Positions 47,850-62,766 are shown, numbered from the whole stretch's first letter. The stretch is 64,000 bases of DNA, filler included, from Chiloscyllium plagiosum (GCF_004010195.1; 15 parts of 15 records of this genome joined end to end with filler, not necessarily neighbours in it), one strand, 5' to 3'. The notes: generated from the sequence alone by a model not told the origin. Translations and numbers: made by a program.

Positions 47850-49571
47850 AGGACTTCCCCTTAGCTAGCCTCTCCCAGGTCCTCTGTCAGTGTTTAATCA
47901 TCCAGTTAACTTAGATACTGCAGATGGTGTGATGTAGCTGCTCACCATCATCTCTGATTTGCCCAGGATGATCTGGTGAATTCTCTTGGCATGGCTGTCC
48001 AGTATGGTCACACTCTCCACTAGTTGTCCTGTGGTCTCCTGTTGATGTTCTCCATTCAGTCTTTCTGGGGCTCGTTTGACTTGTTGGGTCAAAATCCTGG
48101 TTCATTTTCCAAATGGGGATTGACCATTGATACTGCTGCCCCTTTTCCTGCAGCTCGATCATTAAGGAGTTCCCTTCTCTTCCACCTATTAACTGCTGGT
48201 CTGGGTTTTCCCTCTTATTTTCCTGTCCCTCATTCCACACTCCTGTGGATCAGGGAGGAATACAATCGGTTTAATGGGGAAGGCCACCACTCTGATGACA
48301 GTATCACTGATACATCTGTTATGACTGGGATTCATTATATAGTCTATATTTTCGGTATCCCACCATCCTGCACCCGTTTTTGGAGAAATCCCACCAATTG
48401 TCTGTGGTCCCCAGACTCGTATAACACAATATGGAATTCCCGTTGGGTTTCCTCTACACCATGAGCTGATGGCTATGCCAGAATATCACTGATTTCCCAG
48501 GACGGATGCAGAGGCTCCCATCTACACATTCCGCAGTCTCCAGTGGGTCATAACACAGGTATCCAACATTGTTTTCCCTTGTACCCATGCTGCATTTTCA
48601 CATACAGTCATTATAATCGTTGTAAATACTGCACAATAACCGCTCTGTAACAGTCGCATCGCTGGCTTGGAGTAGCCACTCCAGGGCACTTCCTCAAAAG
48701 AGTAATTTCTGAAAATATCTTTGTCTAATATCTGACACTGTGTTCTACTTGATATTTTAACATTGTCCAATTGTCACCCATTTCTGAACCATTTTTTTTT
48801 TGAAGAAAACAAAATGGCCGATAGAATCAAAGTCTACTTGTGTGGCCGGCAGCTTGTGGCTGGGGAGCTCTATGAGGTTGCCCCTGTCATCCTCCATGTA
48901 TAAGCCACAGTCTGTTTTCACTCCATTTATTGTTATCAGGATGATCCACTGGGTGTCAGCGCCTTTTTTCCAAACTTCCCAGTGCCAGGTCGGAAGCTCC
49001 CAAATGAAATGACCAGTTTGGCCACAGTTATACCACGGATTCAGCTCTGAGTTTGTTTGTGGGAGTTCCAGATGATCCACTGGGTGTCAGCGCCTTTTTT
49101 CCAAACTTCCCAGTGCCAGGTCGGAAGGTCCCAAATGAAATGACCAGTTTGGCCACAGTTATACCATGGATTCAGCTCTGAGTTTGTTTGTGGAGTTCCA
49201 TTTTTCTGGGGACAGGGGACTCGTATGGAGGGGGAGACTCTGCGATTCCTTGGTGCATTCCTTCTTCCATTCCTCCAAGTTGAAGGCGGACTATAAGTCT
49301 GGACCCCACTTACGTGAACTGATTTTGCAGATGACTGCTGTGCCCTCAACTCCCTTTCCCACATCGTGATTAATTTGCAAGGGACCCAAGCCTCATTACA
49401 GGAGGTGTCGAGGGGTCAAATCCCAGGCATGCGTCTCTCCCTCTACCTGAGGCATGGGAGATAAGGGTTTGCACCCAGTTTTTCAGTTGTTCGTTGGTAA
49501 AGTCACGTCCCTGAAAACCCGGACAAATTGGACCCAGAGTCTCTGGGCAGAGCTGTTAGGGTGTTCCCCTT
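47850..49571 (-). mobile_element. LTR-retroelement (gag/pol-like) remnant with a ~131-bp tandem duplication (48941-49201)
   Basis: Decayed zinc-knuckle-like YNCGQTGHF..LP occurs twice. Confidence 0.5.
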
Positions 49572-49671
49572 NNNNNNNNNNNNNNNNNNNNNNNNNNNNN
49601 NNNNNNNNNNNNNNNTTAATTAATTAANNNNNNNNNNNNNNNNNNNNNNNNNNNNNNNNNNNNNNNNNNNN

Positions 49672-52600
49672 GTATTAGCTGGGGTATGGACTTTTCAGGG
49701 TTAGTTAAAAACAGTAGGACATTGTCCATATTGAGAGTGATTTTTATTTCCCCAACTCCCACCTTCGGGGAAAGAGAATTTCAGGGTCTTTTCAGACAGT
49801 CCCTGCCAGTGGTTCAAGTACCAAGGTAAACGGTAGGGGCAACAGGGAACATCCCTGTCGGCTGCCCCTCCCCACACCAAAATTACTCAATTTAACCCCA
49901 TTCACGATAACCGCCGCCTTGGAGTCTTTATATAACACTGCTACCCACCTGGCGAAGGCTCCTCCCACACCAAAACGATCTAGAACAGCAAAGAGATACA
50001 ACCATTCCACCCGATCAAAAGCCTTTTCTGCCTCCAGGGAGACCACCAAACCCGGAACCATTCTCTGCTGACATAGTTGCACTATGTTCAATACCTGCCT
50101 GATGTTGTTGGAGGAGCTGCAGCCCTTGATAAAACCTTTATAATAACGGGCAGCACCTTCTCCAGTCTCAGAGCTAACACCTTTGATAGAATTTTAAAAT
50201 CCACATTCAACAACGAGATGGATCTATACAATACACAATCCTCAGGGTCTTTCCCTTTCTTTAAAATAAGGGAGATATTAGCCTCTGTAAGAGAGGGTGG
50301 AAGACAGTCCTGGCGATACGAATGACTGTACAGCTCTAGCAGTGGTTCAGCTGACCTGTGTATGAGCTCCTTGTAAAATTCACATGGGAATCTGTCTGGA
50401 CCAGGTGCCTTATCACGTTGGACCTGCCTTACCGCCTCTTGCACCCCCTGTACTGTCAGAGGTACATTTAAAAGGGAGGCCTGATCTGCATTTATACCAG
50501 GGAGGTCCAAGTTTTCAAAAGAGGATTCCATTCTCACTTCTCCATCCCCACAGCCCTCTGACCGATATAACTCTGCATCGGACTCCCGAAATCTGGCATC
50601 GATCTTCCTCAGTTCACGAGTGACATTGCCAGTTCTCACCCTGATAAACACAATGGACTGTGGAGCACTTTCCTTCCGAGCCAGGTAAGCCAGGGATCTA
50701 CCTGGCTTATCCCCATAGTCAAACAGCCTTTGCTTTGCAAAGGAGACCCTTCTCTTTGCCACTTGAGTGAGTGCAGAGTCCAGAGCAGCCCGGAGAGCCG
50801 TGACCCGTTGCAATTTGACCCCGGATGGTCTGGGATAATGTACTGATTTGGCTGCCTTCAGCCGGGCCTCGAGTATCAGCTGCTGCTCTCCTCTCTGCCT
50901 CCTTCTCATTGTCAAGTGTGAAATAATCAAACCCCTTAAGAATGCTTTGGTGGACTCCTAGAGCACGGATGGATTAATAGCCACACCCAGATTGACGTCC
51001 CAAAAAACCCTGAACTCCCTTGTGATACACTGTACAAAGTTGTCATCCTTTTCAATTCTTGTGTGGCACTTGTGCGGGTTGGAATAAAAGGTAAAGTCCC
51101 TCCCATTCGGGTGGGGGCACCTCCACACATCCACTAGCTCCAACTCCTCTCACAAGTCCACTAACTGTCTAATCTGCAGAGGTGTACCCGACAGCCCCTT
51201 TGGCATCCTGTCCACCCCAGGGTCTATGAGACAATTAAAGTCTTCCCCTATAATCATATGGCGCATCCCAAGAGCCATTAACTTAGAGATTGCATCAACT
51301 AAAAACTTGAGAGGATGCGCCGGGGGACAGTAAACGTTCAGGATGGCATACTCTTCTCCGTGTCCCAGAGCGTTGAGAATAATGAATCATCCATGCTCAT
51401 CCTTAGTTTGATCTATCACCTGAAATGAGAGGTTCCTTCATACCAGTATGGTCACTCATCTGCTTTTGGAGTTGAAGGAGGGGAAGAACAGCGTATCGTA
51501 TTCTCCCTGCTGTAACTTCAGATGTTCCCTGTCAGTCAAATGCATCTCTTGCAGTAGAGCGATGTCAACCCTTTCCCTCTTAAGATTTGAGAGCAACTTC
51601 TTCCATTTAATGGGGAAATGGCTCCCCTTTATCTTCCAGGTGCACCACCTGAACAGATCGCTAGCCATGACCACACACTACAGCCCGCAGTCCACCGAGA
51701 GGAAAAAAAACAGACTTTATCAAATCTAAAGACTATTTCCACAAATGCCATCAAAACTTCTAAAACTAAAAAAAACTGACCACTACTCCTAATGTCAACA
51801 AATAAACACAAAAACACAAATTTCCAGAGATCCACCCCTTGCCCATAGGGGCCTTTCACTCCCAACCTCACAACCATCCCAGCACCTTCCAGTTAAGGTC
51901 ACGCCCCACAGCCAAGCAATGGGGAAAAAAACATATTATTTCCACTCCGACAAGTTAACAATGGACACCCACCCCTCCCCCTTCTCATCTCAACCCCACA
52001 CACCTTTACATCAAAGGAGAAACCACCCTCACCCAGCAAATCAGAACAATAGAATAGCTAATAACCACCAAACAGCTATAATATAAAACATACCGGATCT
52101 CTCATTAAAGCAATACCAAATCTATAAAGCGCGAGACCCCAAAAGGGAAAAGAACAAAGAGAGAGAAGATTAAAAAAAATTACGTTATGCCATTGTCCGC
52201 TCGCCTCTTTTCCTTCTTCCTCCTCGGTCAAAGTCTATCATTTCAGCGAGTTCAAAAGTTCTTTTACTTTTTCAACCGAGTCAAAGTTGTAGACATTTCC
52301 CCCATAACTGAAACGTAGCACTGCCGGGTACCTCAGAGTATTCAATGTTTAATTTTTTTTTCTTGACATCATCAAAAGTCTTTCTTTTCTTAATTATAGC
52401 CCTGGAAAATTCATGAAAAAACATTATTTTCAAACCTTTATAAGCCAAAGCCTGTGGATCCCTTCCCAGTCTTCTGGCTGTTTCTATTATTAAATGCTTT
52501 TCCTTGTGATGCTGGAGTCGCACTAGGATCGGGCGGGGGCACTGGGCCGGCCCAGACCTACACATCACGATGCGGTCGGCCCACTCCACACTCACCCGGC

Positions 52601-53135
52601 CCGACTCGATCTCCAGGCCCAGCAACTCCGGAAGCCACCTCTTGACGAAATCAGCGAGGTTTTCACCTTCTACATGCTCAGGTCAGCCCAAGATCTGTAG
52701 ATTTTTCTCCGACCTTGATTTTCGAGGTCGTCTACTTGTTCCTTCAGGGCCTGAACCTGCCCTTCCAAGGTTCGAACCTGCCCCTTGGACCTCTCCATCG
52801 TGGCCTTCATGGCTTCGTTAGTAAATTCTGTTGCTCCACTGAACTTAAGGACGCTGCCACAGAGTTTGACATAACGGCTGTGGGTGTGCCTGACATAGTA
52901 GGGGAGCACCCTGCCTGCTGCACTCCTCTAGCTCCCTTTCTTTTAGATGTCTTCATTTCAGCTTCAGATCTTCTCAGTCCTAATTTAAAGGGGCTCTAGG
53001 TTCTCTACCGACTTTCTACCACAAACCTTCGTCAGGGGTGACTAATGGTGGGGGGAGGGTAGGAGCCCACCTTGCCTGGGATAAGGCACAGAGCCCAATA
53101 CACCAGACTGTTCAGACTGCCGCCATCTTGAATCT
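49672..53135 (-). mobile_element. L1/Tx1-type LINE, degenerate (ORF1 about 52280-52910; APE plus RT ORF2 about 49672-51660)
   Basis: DLENQGRR/PRPILVRL (ORF1); DIALLQEMHL, KAPGPDRF..EFYK, YRSISLLNVDFKILSK.LA.RL, SLEAEKAFDRVEW, GSRQGC.L.PL.F. Confidence 0.92.
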
Positions 53136-53699
53136 CCCATACCCACTCTCTACTGATCACGTCCTCAAAACCTTCCAGAAGATGTGTCAGGCCTGATTTC
53201 CCTTTCCCCATGCTGACTTGGACCAATCCTGTCACTGCTTTCCAAATGCTCGGTTATTATATCTTTAATAATTGACTCATGTAAAATTCCTCATTTTCAC
53301 TCTCCCTCCTTTTATTAAAAAGTGATGTTACATTGGATACTGTCTAGTCCATTAGATTCTACAGAATGGTGATCATTTTCTAGCAGTACGTCCACTATTT
53401 CTACACCCACTTTCTTATGGACTCTGGGATGTAGAGCATCAGGCCCTGGGGACTTGATACCATCAGTCTCCCCAAGACCTTTCCCGGATTCAGTTCCTCC
53501 TTCACACTTGACCCTCTAACCCTCTGCATTTCCTTTCAATAGGATGTGCATCCCTGGATATTTAGGTCCCAGCCCTGATCCCCTTGCAGCCACGTCCCTC
53601 CACTACAGGCTCATTTACCTTGTTTCATATACTCGATGCATCGAAGTACAACACCCTCAGTCATGCACTGACTGCCTCCTTCTCATAGTTATCTCCTTT

Positions 53700-53960
53700 A
53701 GAATTCATAGACTCCCTACAGTGTGGAAGCAGGCCATTCAGCCCAGACTGACCGTTCAAATAGCATCCCACCCACCCTACAATTCCCATGGATAATCCTC
53801 CTAACCGACACATCTTTCTGACAATGGGAGGAAACCCAAATAAACACGGGGAGAATGTGTAAACTCCACACAGACAGTCAGTTGGGATTGAGTCTGTGTC
53901 TCCGGAGCTGTGAGACAGCAGTGCTACCCACTGATCTACCATTCCACCCTGCGGTGCCTC
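53700..53960 (-). mobile_element. V-SINE, degenerate (paralog at about 19760-20000)
   Basis: Reverse-strand V-SINE core. Confidence 0.7.
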
Positions 53961-55292
53961 AAGTTCGATTCCTGATCCTTTCCATACTCTCGATCCTATT
54001 ACTTGGTCTGGATACTTTAATAACTTCTCATGAGCCCCTACCTTCTTTAATTAGTTTAAATTCCTCGAAGCTTGATTTACCTTGGTTTGTGTGGTACAGC
54101 TTTGTCGACACTATTCTGAATGGGTCATGCATTAAGAGACAAAGCCTTTAAGTTTGGTCTATAATTGAGCTTCCCTGCACTTTAAGTTCCCTCAGTACAA
54201 TATGACATTCACAATATTCTGTCCCTTCCTTTTATTTCCTGATAACAATCAATCCCATCACTAACCAGCAATCCTCCCTTCTCCTTTAACTTTCATTTTC
54301 TCATTTTTCATCCAAATGTTCCAGTTATTTTCTCTGTGAATCGTATTTCAGGCTGATATTTATCCCTGAACAAACGTCACTCAAAATGTTCCTTGGTTCA
54401 TTGATACTTGTGGGATCTTGCTGTGTACAATCTGGCTTCCACATTTCCTGCATTCCTTCAGTGACCACATTTCAAACAAGTCCCACACTGTCTGCAAATG
54501 TCTTGGGGACAGCATGAATCTTTCTTTTCTTTCGATGAACTGGGAATCTTTCAGATGTGAAAGATGCCGTTCCAATGTTGCACAGTCCTCCCCCTGAACT
54601 ACAGTTTCTGCTTTGTCCCTCTCTTTTGTGAAAACAGACCGGAAGATTTCACGAGGAACCATTGCTCCATCTTGCACCACCGCACACAAGTTCCCCTTCC
54701 TGCTCTCGAATGGGCCCCATACATTCCTTCATTCTCTTGTTCTTTCTGTGATTATAAACATCACTGGGATGTCCTTCACTTCGTTTGGACACATCTCATC
54801 CTGTCAGCCCTTTGCTTTCCTCAGGTCCTGGTAAATTTCACCCCTGCATTTTGTCTTTCAGCTCACTTTTACCCAATCGCTGCCCAGTTCAGTGAAATGG
54901 TTTTGGTCCCAAATGAAAACTTTTACACTTGCCCCATGGTTCTCCATTTCCATCCCGACTCTCAATCTCACTGAGTTCTGATCACTGTCACTGAAATGCT
55001 CCCCCATTGAGAGCCCTTCCAGCTGCCCACATTCATTCCCTAAACAATGGTCCAAAACTGTCCCTTCTCTTTCACCATCACCTTCTCAGGGCAATTAGGG
55101 ATGGGCAATAAATGCTGGCCCTGCCAGTGACACCCACATCCCAAGATGCACTTTAAACAATGTCTGTTCTTTTATGGGGTTTGTTAGGAGTTGGCAACAA
55201 ATGTTCAAAATGGATTGTTTTGCCAGTTCATGTTCGGAGAGTTAAAATCCCTTCAAAAGGCAGGGATTAAAATTGCTTCTCTTGTCTTTCAG

Positions 55293-55622
55293 GCCGTGAC
55301 AACTCTCAGCCCAAGCTGACCCTGCTGCCCCCCCTCCCTGGAACAGGTCAATGCCAAGGGCACTGCCACCTTGGTGTGCCTTGCCAATCACTTCTATCCC
55401 GATGAGCTGGAGGTGCAGTGGAAGAAGGACGGTGCAGTCATTTCGGACGGGGTTCAGACCAGCAACTACCTGCGAGCTTCGGACAGCACCTACAGTGTCA
55501 GCAGCCTGCTGACCCTCTCTGGGTCTGACTGGGAGTCCAATGCTCGCTTCTCCTGTGCCCTCACCCACGTGACCCTCCCCTCTCCCCTCAGCAAGAGCAT
55601 CAGAAGATCAGAATGTGTGTAG
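55293..55622 (+). pseudogene. IGKC: Ig kappa C exon with +1 frameshift in a C7 run (55328-55334); may be a homopolymer error
   Basis: RDNSQPKLTLL, then 7 C versus 6 in the 21338 copy; remainder intact to RSECV*; AATAAA at 56150. Confidence 0.8.
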
Positions 55623-58600
55623 AATGTTTGAGACAGTCCACAGAGGAGACACAACTTAAAACAGAACAGGGCTGAGCTGGCAGATCAAAGGTCATTGTCA
55701 GCACTGAATTTCAACTTTCTTCCTTCTTGGGATTGGCTCAGAGACCCTTCTGAGGTTCAAGGGTGAAGGCAGGTCATTGCGATCATCAAAAAGAAGCTTT
55801 ACTCTGTGTCAGACTCCATGCTGACCCTGTTCTGGGAGTGTTTGATTGGGGCAGTGATGACCTGTGATGCCAAGTCAAACTTCTTGAAAATGCTGAAGAC
55901 TGTCAGCTGTACAAAATCAATGTGAACCTCAGAAGTCTCTGCTTCAGTAAAACAGACCTACTTCCTGCTCAGCCGTCAGTTCCAGTTTAAGGTTTTGTCA
56001 CTGTTTAAAGGAACAGGATTCTTAGGTTATTGAGAAAACCTCCACAAGTGTTTTCCTCAAGCTCCATTGTGGCTGTGAATTTGTGCAGCTTCCTCTGTCT
56101 GGGCTGTTAATTGCAGTCTGTTTTCTGTCAATGTCAATCTGGAAAAGGGAATAAAGATGAAGATGATTCAGTCTCTGTCTTGTGTGTGCTTTGGAAATGA
56201 CCAGAGCTGAAGCCTCAGGGAAAGCTGTGTGAAGTGTTAACCTCCACCCTCAAGGCCTGGAGAATGAGGGGGAGAATAGAGGGGGCAGTGGGGTCCCCAG
56301 AGCAGGAGGGCAATGCTACCAGTGTCCAGAAGGGGCACTTTCAGCAGGAATGCACAACCCCAAGGAAATCTTTCCCAATAAATGGGGAAAAGAAGGAAGG
56401 CAGGAGGGGACAATGGGGAACACAATAATCTGATGGAAATTCCCCATCAACGCTCACCCATCCCTTAGGCACAGCAAGATCACAAGCCAAGAAATTCAAA
56501 TCAACTGTTAGGGTTCCCAGTGGCTCTGCCTCCCTATATTGATGAATATGACGAGCAGGACCTTGTTACTCAGAATAACAATTGCACAATAACAATTTGG
56601 GAAATAAATATTCCATAAATTAGACCTGGGTTTTCTTTACTCTTCAAATGAGATGAAATTGTCCCATGTGTCCCTGGGGTCAGATTGAGAATGTTCAGTC
56701 TGGGGGAGTCTGGGACTCATGGCTGGGGAGGACAGTCAATGGCTTCCAATTTCTGCTGCCATATCCTGTAGCCCCTGGGCCATCTCAGTGAGGATCATCC
56801 AGGGCTCAGGGTGGATTCCAGAGCAGCTCATTGTCCTGACTGTTGTGTTCCTCAGTCCACATGTGGCTCCAGCAATCTCACTCCATGGCTCGAGTATCAG
56901 TGGGAACCCATGGGGCTGAAATCTTATCCAAACAGACCCTCACACAGTGGGNNNNNNNNNNNNNNNNNNNNNNNNNNNNNNNNNNNNNNNNNNNNNNNNN
57001 NNNNNNNNNNNNNNNNNNNNNNNNNNNNNNNNNNNNNNNNNNNNNNNNNNNNNNNNNNNNNNNNNNNNNNNNNNNNNNNNNNNNNNNNNNNNNNNNNNNN
57101 NNNNNNNNNNNNNNNNNNNNNNNNNNNNNNNNNNNNNNNNNNNNNNNNNNNNNNNNNNNNNNNNNNNNNNNNNNNNNNNNNNNNNNNNNNNNNNNNNNNN
57201 NNNNNNNNNNNNNNNNNNNNNNAAAAGGGCTGTGGGAAGGGAACTGTTGACTCTCAATGACAACGCCAATGGAAGGATGTGGAGTTGGCTCTGCGAAATG
57301 TTAGGGCACAGGGGATGACACCAGAAGCAATTCAATGTTGTTACTCTCTCCTTTGCAATTGCTAAACTGGTAATAATTGGTTTTCCTCACAATTTGCTCT
57401 CTTGTATTCGATCCACTTGCCTTTCTTGCCTTGCTGCTTTTGACTTGAGTCTGTGGGTAGCTCCATCAAAACCCAATTTCCTCACTCTCATCCAGGCCCC
57501 TGAAGAGATTAGAGACAAAACAAACTGCAAATGCTGGAATCCAACATTGACAAGCAGGAGGCTGGGAGAACACAGCAAGCCAGGCAGCATCAGGAGGTGG
57601 AGAAGTCAACGTTTTGGCTGTAACCCTTCTTAAGGAATGGGAGTGGGTTGGGGGGTGGGGGAATGATGGGGGAGCTGCAGATAAAGGGAGTGGTGGCAGG
57701 GTGGTGAGATGGGGATGGGTGGAGGATACTACCTGATTGGTTGATGGGAGGGACGAATACAAATTAATCTCCCATCGACTAATCAGGTCATACTCTCTAC
57801 CATTCTCAACCTATCCCTACCTCAACACCCTGCTCCGCTCCATTCCCTTTATCCCCTTTTCCAATCTTTCCTCATCACACAGCCCACTCATTCCAGGGAT
57901 CAATTGGGTAAAATTCCTGTGAATCACCTCCAATGCATTTATATTCTTCCTTCAATAGGGAGACCAAACTACCCTCAGTATTTGAGATGTGGTTACACCA
58001 ATGTCCAGGTATAACTGAAACATCACAGTCTCACTTCCTGGTCTTTAAGCATGCCTACTCTTCCTTGTACCAGGCTTCTTACTGTCCATGTCTAATTGCC
58101 CTGGCCCTGGTGGTGATTAACTGCCTTCTTGAACCCCTGCTGTTGGTGTGCTGTTGGTAGACCCACAATGTCCTTAGGAAGGGAATTCCAGGATTCTGAC
58201 CCAGTGATAATGTAGGAACAGCTTCATATTTCCAAGTCAAACTGGTGAATGACTTGGAGAGGAACTTGCTGGGGTGATGGTCCCGTGTACCTGCTGCCCT
58301 TGTCCAAATATAAGTGGTCATGGGTTTGGAAGCTGTTGTCTCAGGATCTTTGGTGAATCTCTGCAGTGCATCTTGTAAATAGTACACAGAGCTGTTACTG
58401 AGCATCGGTGTGGGGCGAATGCATGTGTGTGAATGCGGTTCCAATCAAGTGGGTAAACTTGTTTTCAACAATATTTAAATAAAATAATATAAAACAGCAT
58501 AAAATTAAATATAAATAAAAATTTACTGCCTTTTAGATAAAACATCACTGAACCCAAAAAGTTAATCCTCCTCTTCCCACAGAGGCTGCACCTGTTCCCT

Positions 58601-61561
58601 TTCTCCAGCACCGCGCTTGTATTTGAGATTTGCAGTATTTTGTTTATGTCTCTGTTTTATTGCTTTTGGTTATCAGAGAAGCATTGGTCAGCACACTGGG
58701 GAGATTTTTCCTGAGATGGTCTCAAATCCCTTGTATTCACATCGACCTGAGAGGGCAGTGGTTTAACCGATCATCCAGTAGATGGCGTCTTTGCCTTTGC
58801 CAGCCTCAGGACAGTGCTCCAGTGTCTGGAGTGGGGCTTGAAACCTGCAGGATCAGGTGATGGTGTTAACACTGAGGCCGTCTATTCTTTTCTGGGATGT
58901 GGGTGTCACTGGCAAGACCAGCATTTGTTCCCCATCCCTAACTGCCCCGAAACTGAGTGGCTTGTTTAGCCTTTCAAATGGCAGGTTAGGGTCAGCCACA
59001 TTGCTGGAGTCCTGGCAGAGTCAGACATCTACAACAGGTCTACATGAACAAGGCCCTTTGGCCCAATGAGCCAAAGCCAGTCAAACAACCACCTTCACTA
59101 TTCTAATTCCATGCTCCAGCACTCGGCCCCGTAGCCCTGTACACCTTGGCATTACAGCTGCACATCGAAATACTTCAATGTTATGGGAGAGCTTCTGCCT
59201 CAACCACCCTTACAGGCAGTGAGTCCCNNNNNNNNNNNNNNNNNNNNNNNNNNNNNNNNNNNNNNNNNNNNNNNNNNNNNNNNNNNNNNNNNNNNNNNNN
59301 NNNNNNNNNNNNNNNNNNNNNNNNNNNNNNNNNNNNNNNNNNNNNNNNNNNNNNNNNNNNNNNNNNNNNNNNNNNNNNNNNNNNNNNNNNNNNNNNNNNN
59401 NNNNNNNNNNNNNNNNNNNNNNNNNNNNNNNNNNNNNNNNNNNNNNNNNNNNNNNNNNNNNNNNNNNNNNNNNNNNNNNNNNNNNNNNNNNNNNNNNNNN
59501 NNNNNNNNNNNNNNNNNNNNNNNNNNNNNNNNNNNNNNNNNNNNNNNNNNNNNNNNNNNNNNNNGGATTCCATGTGATCTGTCAGTCTCCATCCCAGCCT
59601 GATAACCATCTCGGACATTGGAAGGAAATGCCCAGGGAGCAGGTTAACATGGTGCAAAAAGCCTTTCAGCTGAAGCTTCAGTGTTTGCGCTCAGTGTGCA
59701 TTATCACTTGCTCATTGCTCCCCTTTTACACGATAATGGAGAGAGAACTCTTGTTGATGCAGTTTTTTAAAATGTGTCAGGATATTGAAAGCTGCGAGCA
59801 CAGAGCAGTCACGTTCACGGACAAGATGGTGCGGTCCCACAGACAGTAAACGAATGACAAGACAAATCTGTTTTGGTGGCACTAGTTGAATTTTGAGCAG
59901 GGCCCCCGAGGGAATCTCTTTTAGATTGGGATCTTGTCGAGCCCCCTGAAGTGGGGGTGGGGGTGGTCAGGGTGTGGTGGTGGTGGAGCCTCAAATGATG
60001 GTGCCAGAGACTGTGCAACTTTCATCAGTGTACCACAGTCTCAGCCTGGATTCTGTGCTCTCGTTTCTGAGGTGGCTTTCAATCCGATGACCATTTTGAC
60101 GATGAGGCAGGAGCATTGCCCATGGAGCCACAGTCAGTAACAATGTAAACTGTGTGGCTCTGAAAGCCTGAGTCTGCATCTCAGCTTGGAAGGATATCAG
60201 CTCAATTATCAAATCTGTTTCTGCCCTCTGCAGGCTGACCAGGCTGCCAGTGCCTTTCCAACACTCCCACGTTTCCTCTTGTGGCACAGTCCATTCTCCT
60301 GAGGGATAGTTTACTCGGGGTCGAAAAGTGTGGTACTGGAAAAGCACAGCAGGTCAGGCAGTTGTGCTCAGGCTGGGGACATGACCTTGTCCCTCTGTCA
60401 GATCCTCTTCGAGAAACTCATGGCTCACCACTGCCCTCTCCAGGACAGTTAGGGAAGGGCAACACCCACCCCATCCCAGGAGAAATCAAAATAAATTACT
60501 TATAATTCGAATTATCAAATTGGTGAGGCTTGAATTCATCTCTTTGAAAGACTGGAGCCTCGGTCAGAAACAGAGCCATGACATGGGTGAACCTGGTTTG
60601 TCAGACTGCAAGGTGGAGTGTCCTTCGGATTGACACTGGGGTCAGTAAAAAATGAATTACACTCAAAGATCTAACAACTGGCTATCAAGGCGTGCCCCTA
60701 AAATGCACAGAACAGCACTTGAGGCTTCGCGCTCCCGTCTCCATCCTTGCTTGTTGACCTTCCCTGGGAAATATCTGGGAAGCATCTGACAGGTCATTCC
60801 CACTGGAATGCCTGTGGGTTTATTCTCTGATAATGGAAGGAGTCATTACCCATCATCCTCAGTTGAAGTGCACATTCTCTATAGTTACTAGAAGGCAGCT
60901 GTTGCACTGTGCCTGAACAATATAAAGTCAGAAGGCACCCAACACCAGGTTCAAGCCCAACAGGTTCATTTGAAATCACAAGCTTTCGTAGCGCTGCTCC
61001 TTCATCAGGTGTACCCCAGTCCACCATCGGCATCCCCACATTACTGAACAGGACAAATAAACTGGGGCTCTGCGAGGATCTAATTGGCTCCATCTGCAGA
61101 AACAAGGTGAGAGAGAGAACAGCTTTCAGACCAGGATACTTATCGCACCACAATGAAAATGCTCTGCATGCTATGGTATATCAAAAAGAAGTACTTTGGT
61201 GTGACTTTTGATTGTCTTCAAAACAAGTGCTGTTTTGTTCATTCTGTGATACACGGAGACTATGTCAGTATTGGGTATCACAAAGGATGTTTCCTCCATT
61301 AAACACTTCCTAACACACTCTTTCCATCTTGCTCTACTCCATATTGACTCTTAGACATTGCCCCTGCTCCCTCACTCCGTCCCAGTCCCAGTCCCAGTGG
61401 AGTTGATGGCCGGAGTTCATGACCCCGCACTGTGTGAAGGTTCGTGTGAAGTGAGGCCAGTNNNNNNNNNNNNNNNNNNNNNNNNNNNNNNNNNNNNNNN
61501 NNNNNTTAATTAATTAANNNNNNNNNNNNNNNNNNNNNNNNNNNNNNNNNNNNNNNNNNNN

Positions 61562-62390
61562 TGCAGCAAGGTACAGAAGGGTTGGCTACTTGTGTTAAGA
61601 AATAGAAAATGGAAATCATTCTGGATAAGTGTAAGGTGATGCACTTGGTCAGAAGAAACTAAGAGGTATTTTGTTTTGAATGGTGGAACCGTGAAAAGAA
61701 CTGAGGATTTTTGGTGTGCATGCCCATCCCTTGTAGTAATGTGGCAGGTGGATAAAAAGACTAAGAATGTGTGTCGGGTATTTGCTTTAATGAGCCAAGA
61801 CATTTACATTAGGTGTTGGGAGATGATACTGGAAATTAATAAAACACTGGTTAGGCCAGACATGAAGCATTGTGTGATGTATAGGACTGCATGTTATGGA
61901 AGGAATGTGATTAGACAGAAGGCAGCATTATTGAGATTTTCCAGGACTTTTCCTGGACTGGAAATTTTTAAGTTACGGAATGTCATTAACCAAACTGGGG
62001 TTTTACTTGGAGCAGAGAAGAATGAGAGAGAAGATGATTGTGATGTCTAGAATTACGGTAGACATACACAGAGTAAACAGGACAAATCCTTTCCCCTGAA
62101 TGGATGGAGCAATGTCTCAAGGGCGTAGGGTTAAGGTAAGGACAGGAGGATATTGGGGAAACCAAAATCACACAGAGTGTGTGAATCTGCCGCTCAGTGT
62201 GAGTAAGTCTTGAAGAGGCTAGGCACCGCATAACATGTGAGAAATATGCAGATGCACATAAGAAATGTCAAGTCACACCAAGCAATGCGTCAATTGCGGA
62301 TATACTGGACTGGAATAGTTAGGGGGCTGTTATTGACAGGTGTGGACTGGATGGACCACAGGAACTTTTCCTGTACTCTATATCTCTATG
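61562..62390 (+). mobile_element. Old CR1 LINE 3' fragment
   Basis: KCKVMHL, NKTLVRP..HCV motifs. Confidence 0.7.
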
Positions 62391-62463
62391 ACGATGTCAA
62401 ATGTGTTATAACTAATGCCCTATTCATGTTAACCACAGGTGTGCTGTTCACCTCAGTTCCTAC

Positions 62464-62766
62464 AAGATTTACATAGCATTCCAGTGCTCTGCTTTGACCC
62501 GCTGTGTTGAACCTCACAGGAGAGTTTGCTGCAATCTGCCTCAGGCAGGGTCAACTGGCTGCTCAGGGCGTAAGTTCCCTTGTTGTTCCTCACGGATGGA
62601 TAAGTCTTCACTGCAGTCGTGATTGGCACTCCACCTTTCTTCCAGGTCACCTTGGTAACGTCAGTGTTATAGTCCATGGCCAAACAACCAAAGATCACAG
62701 AACCGTCAGTGTTGTGTTGCAGACAGGAGAAGACAAGTCCATAAAGTTTGGGGGGAGATGCAGTCT
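62464..62766 (-). CDS. IGHM: IgM Cmu1 exon (splice boundaries approximate; in-phase acceptor reads TG, not AG)
   Basis: [72 protein letters not shown]. Confidence 0.85.
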
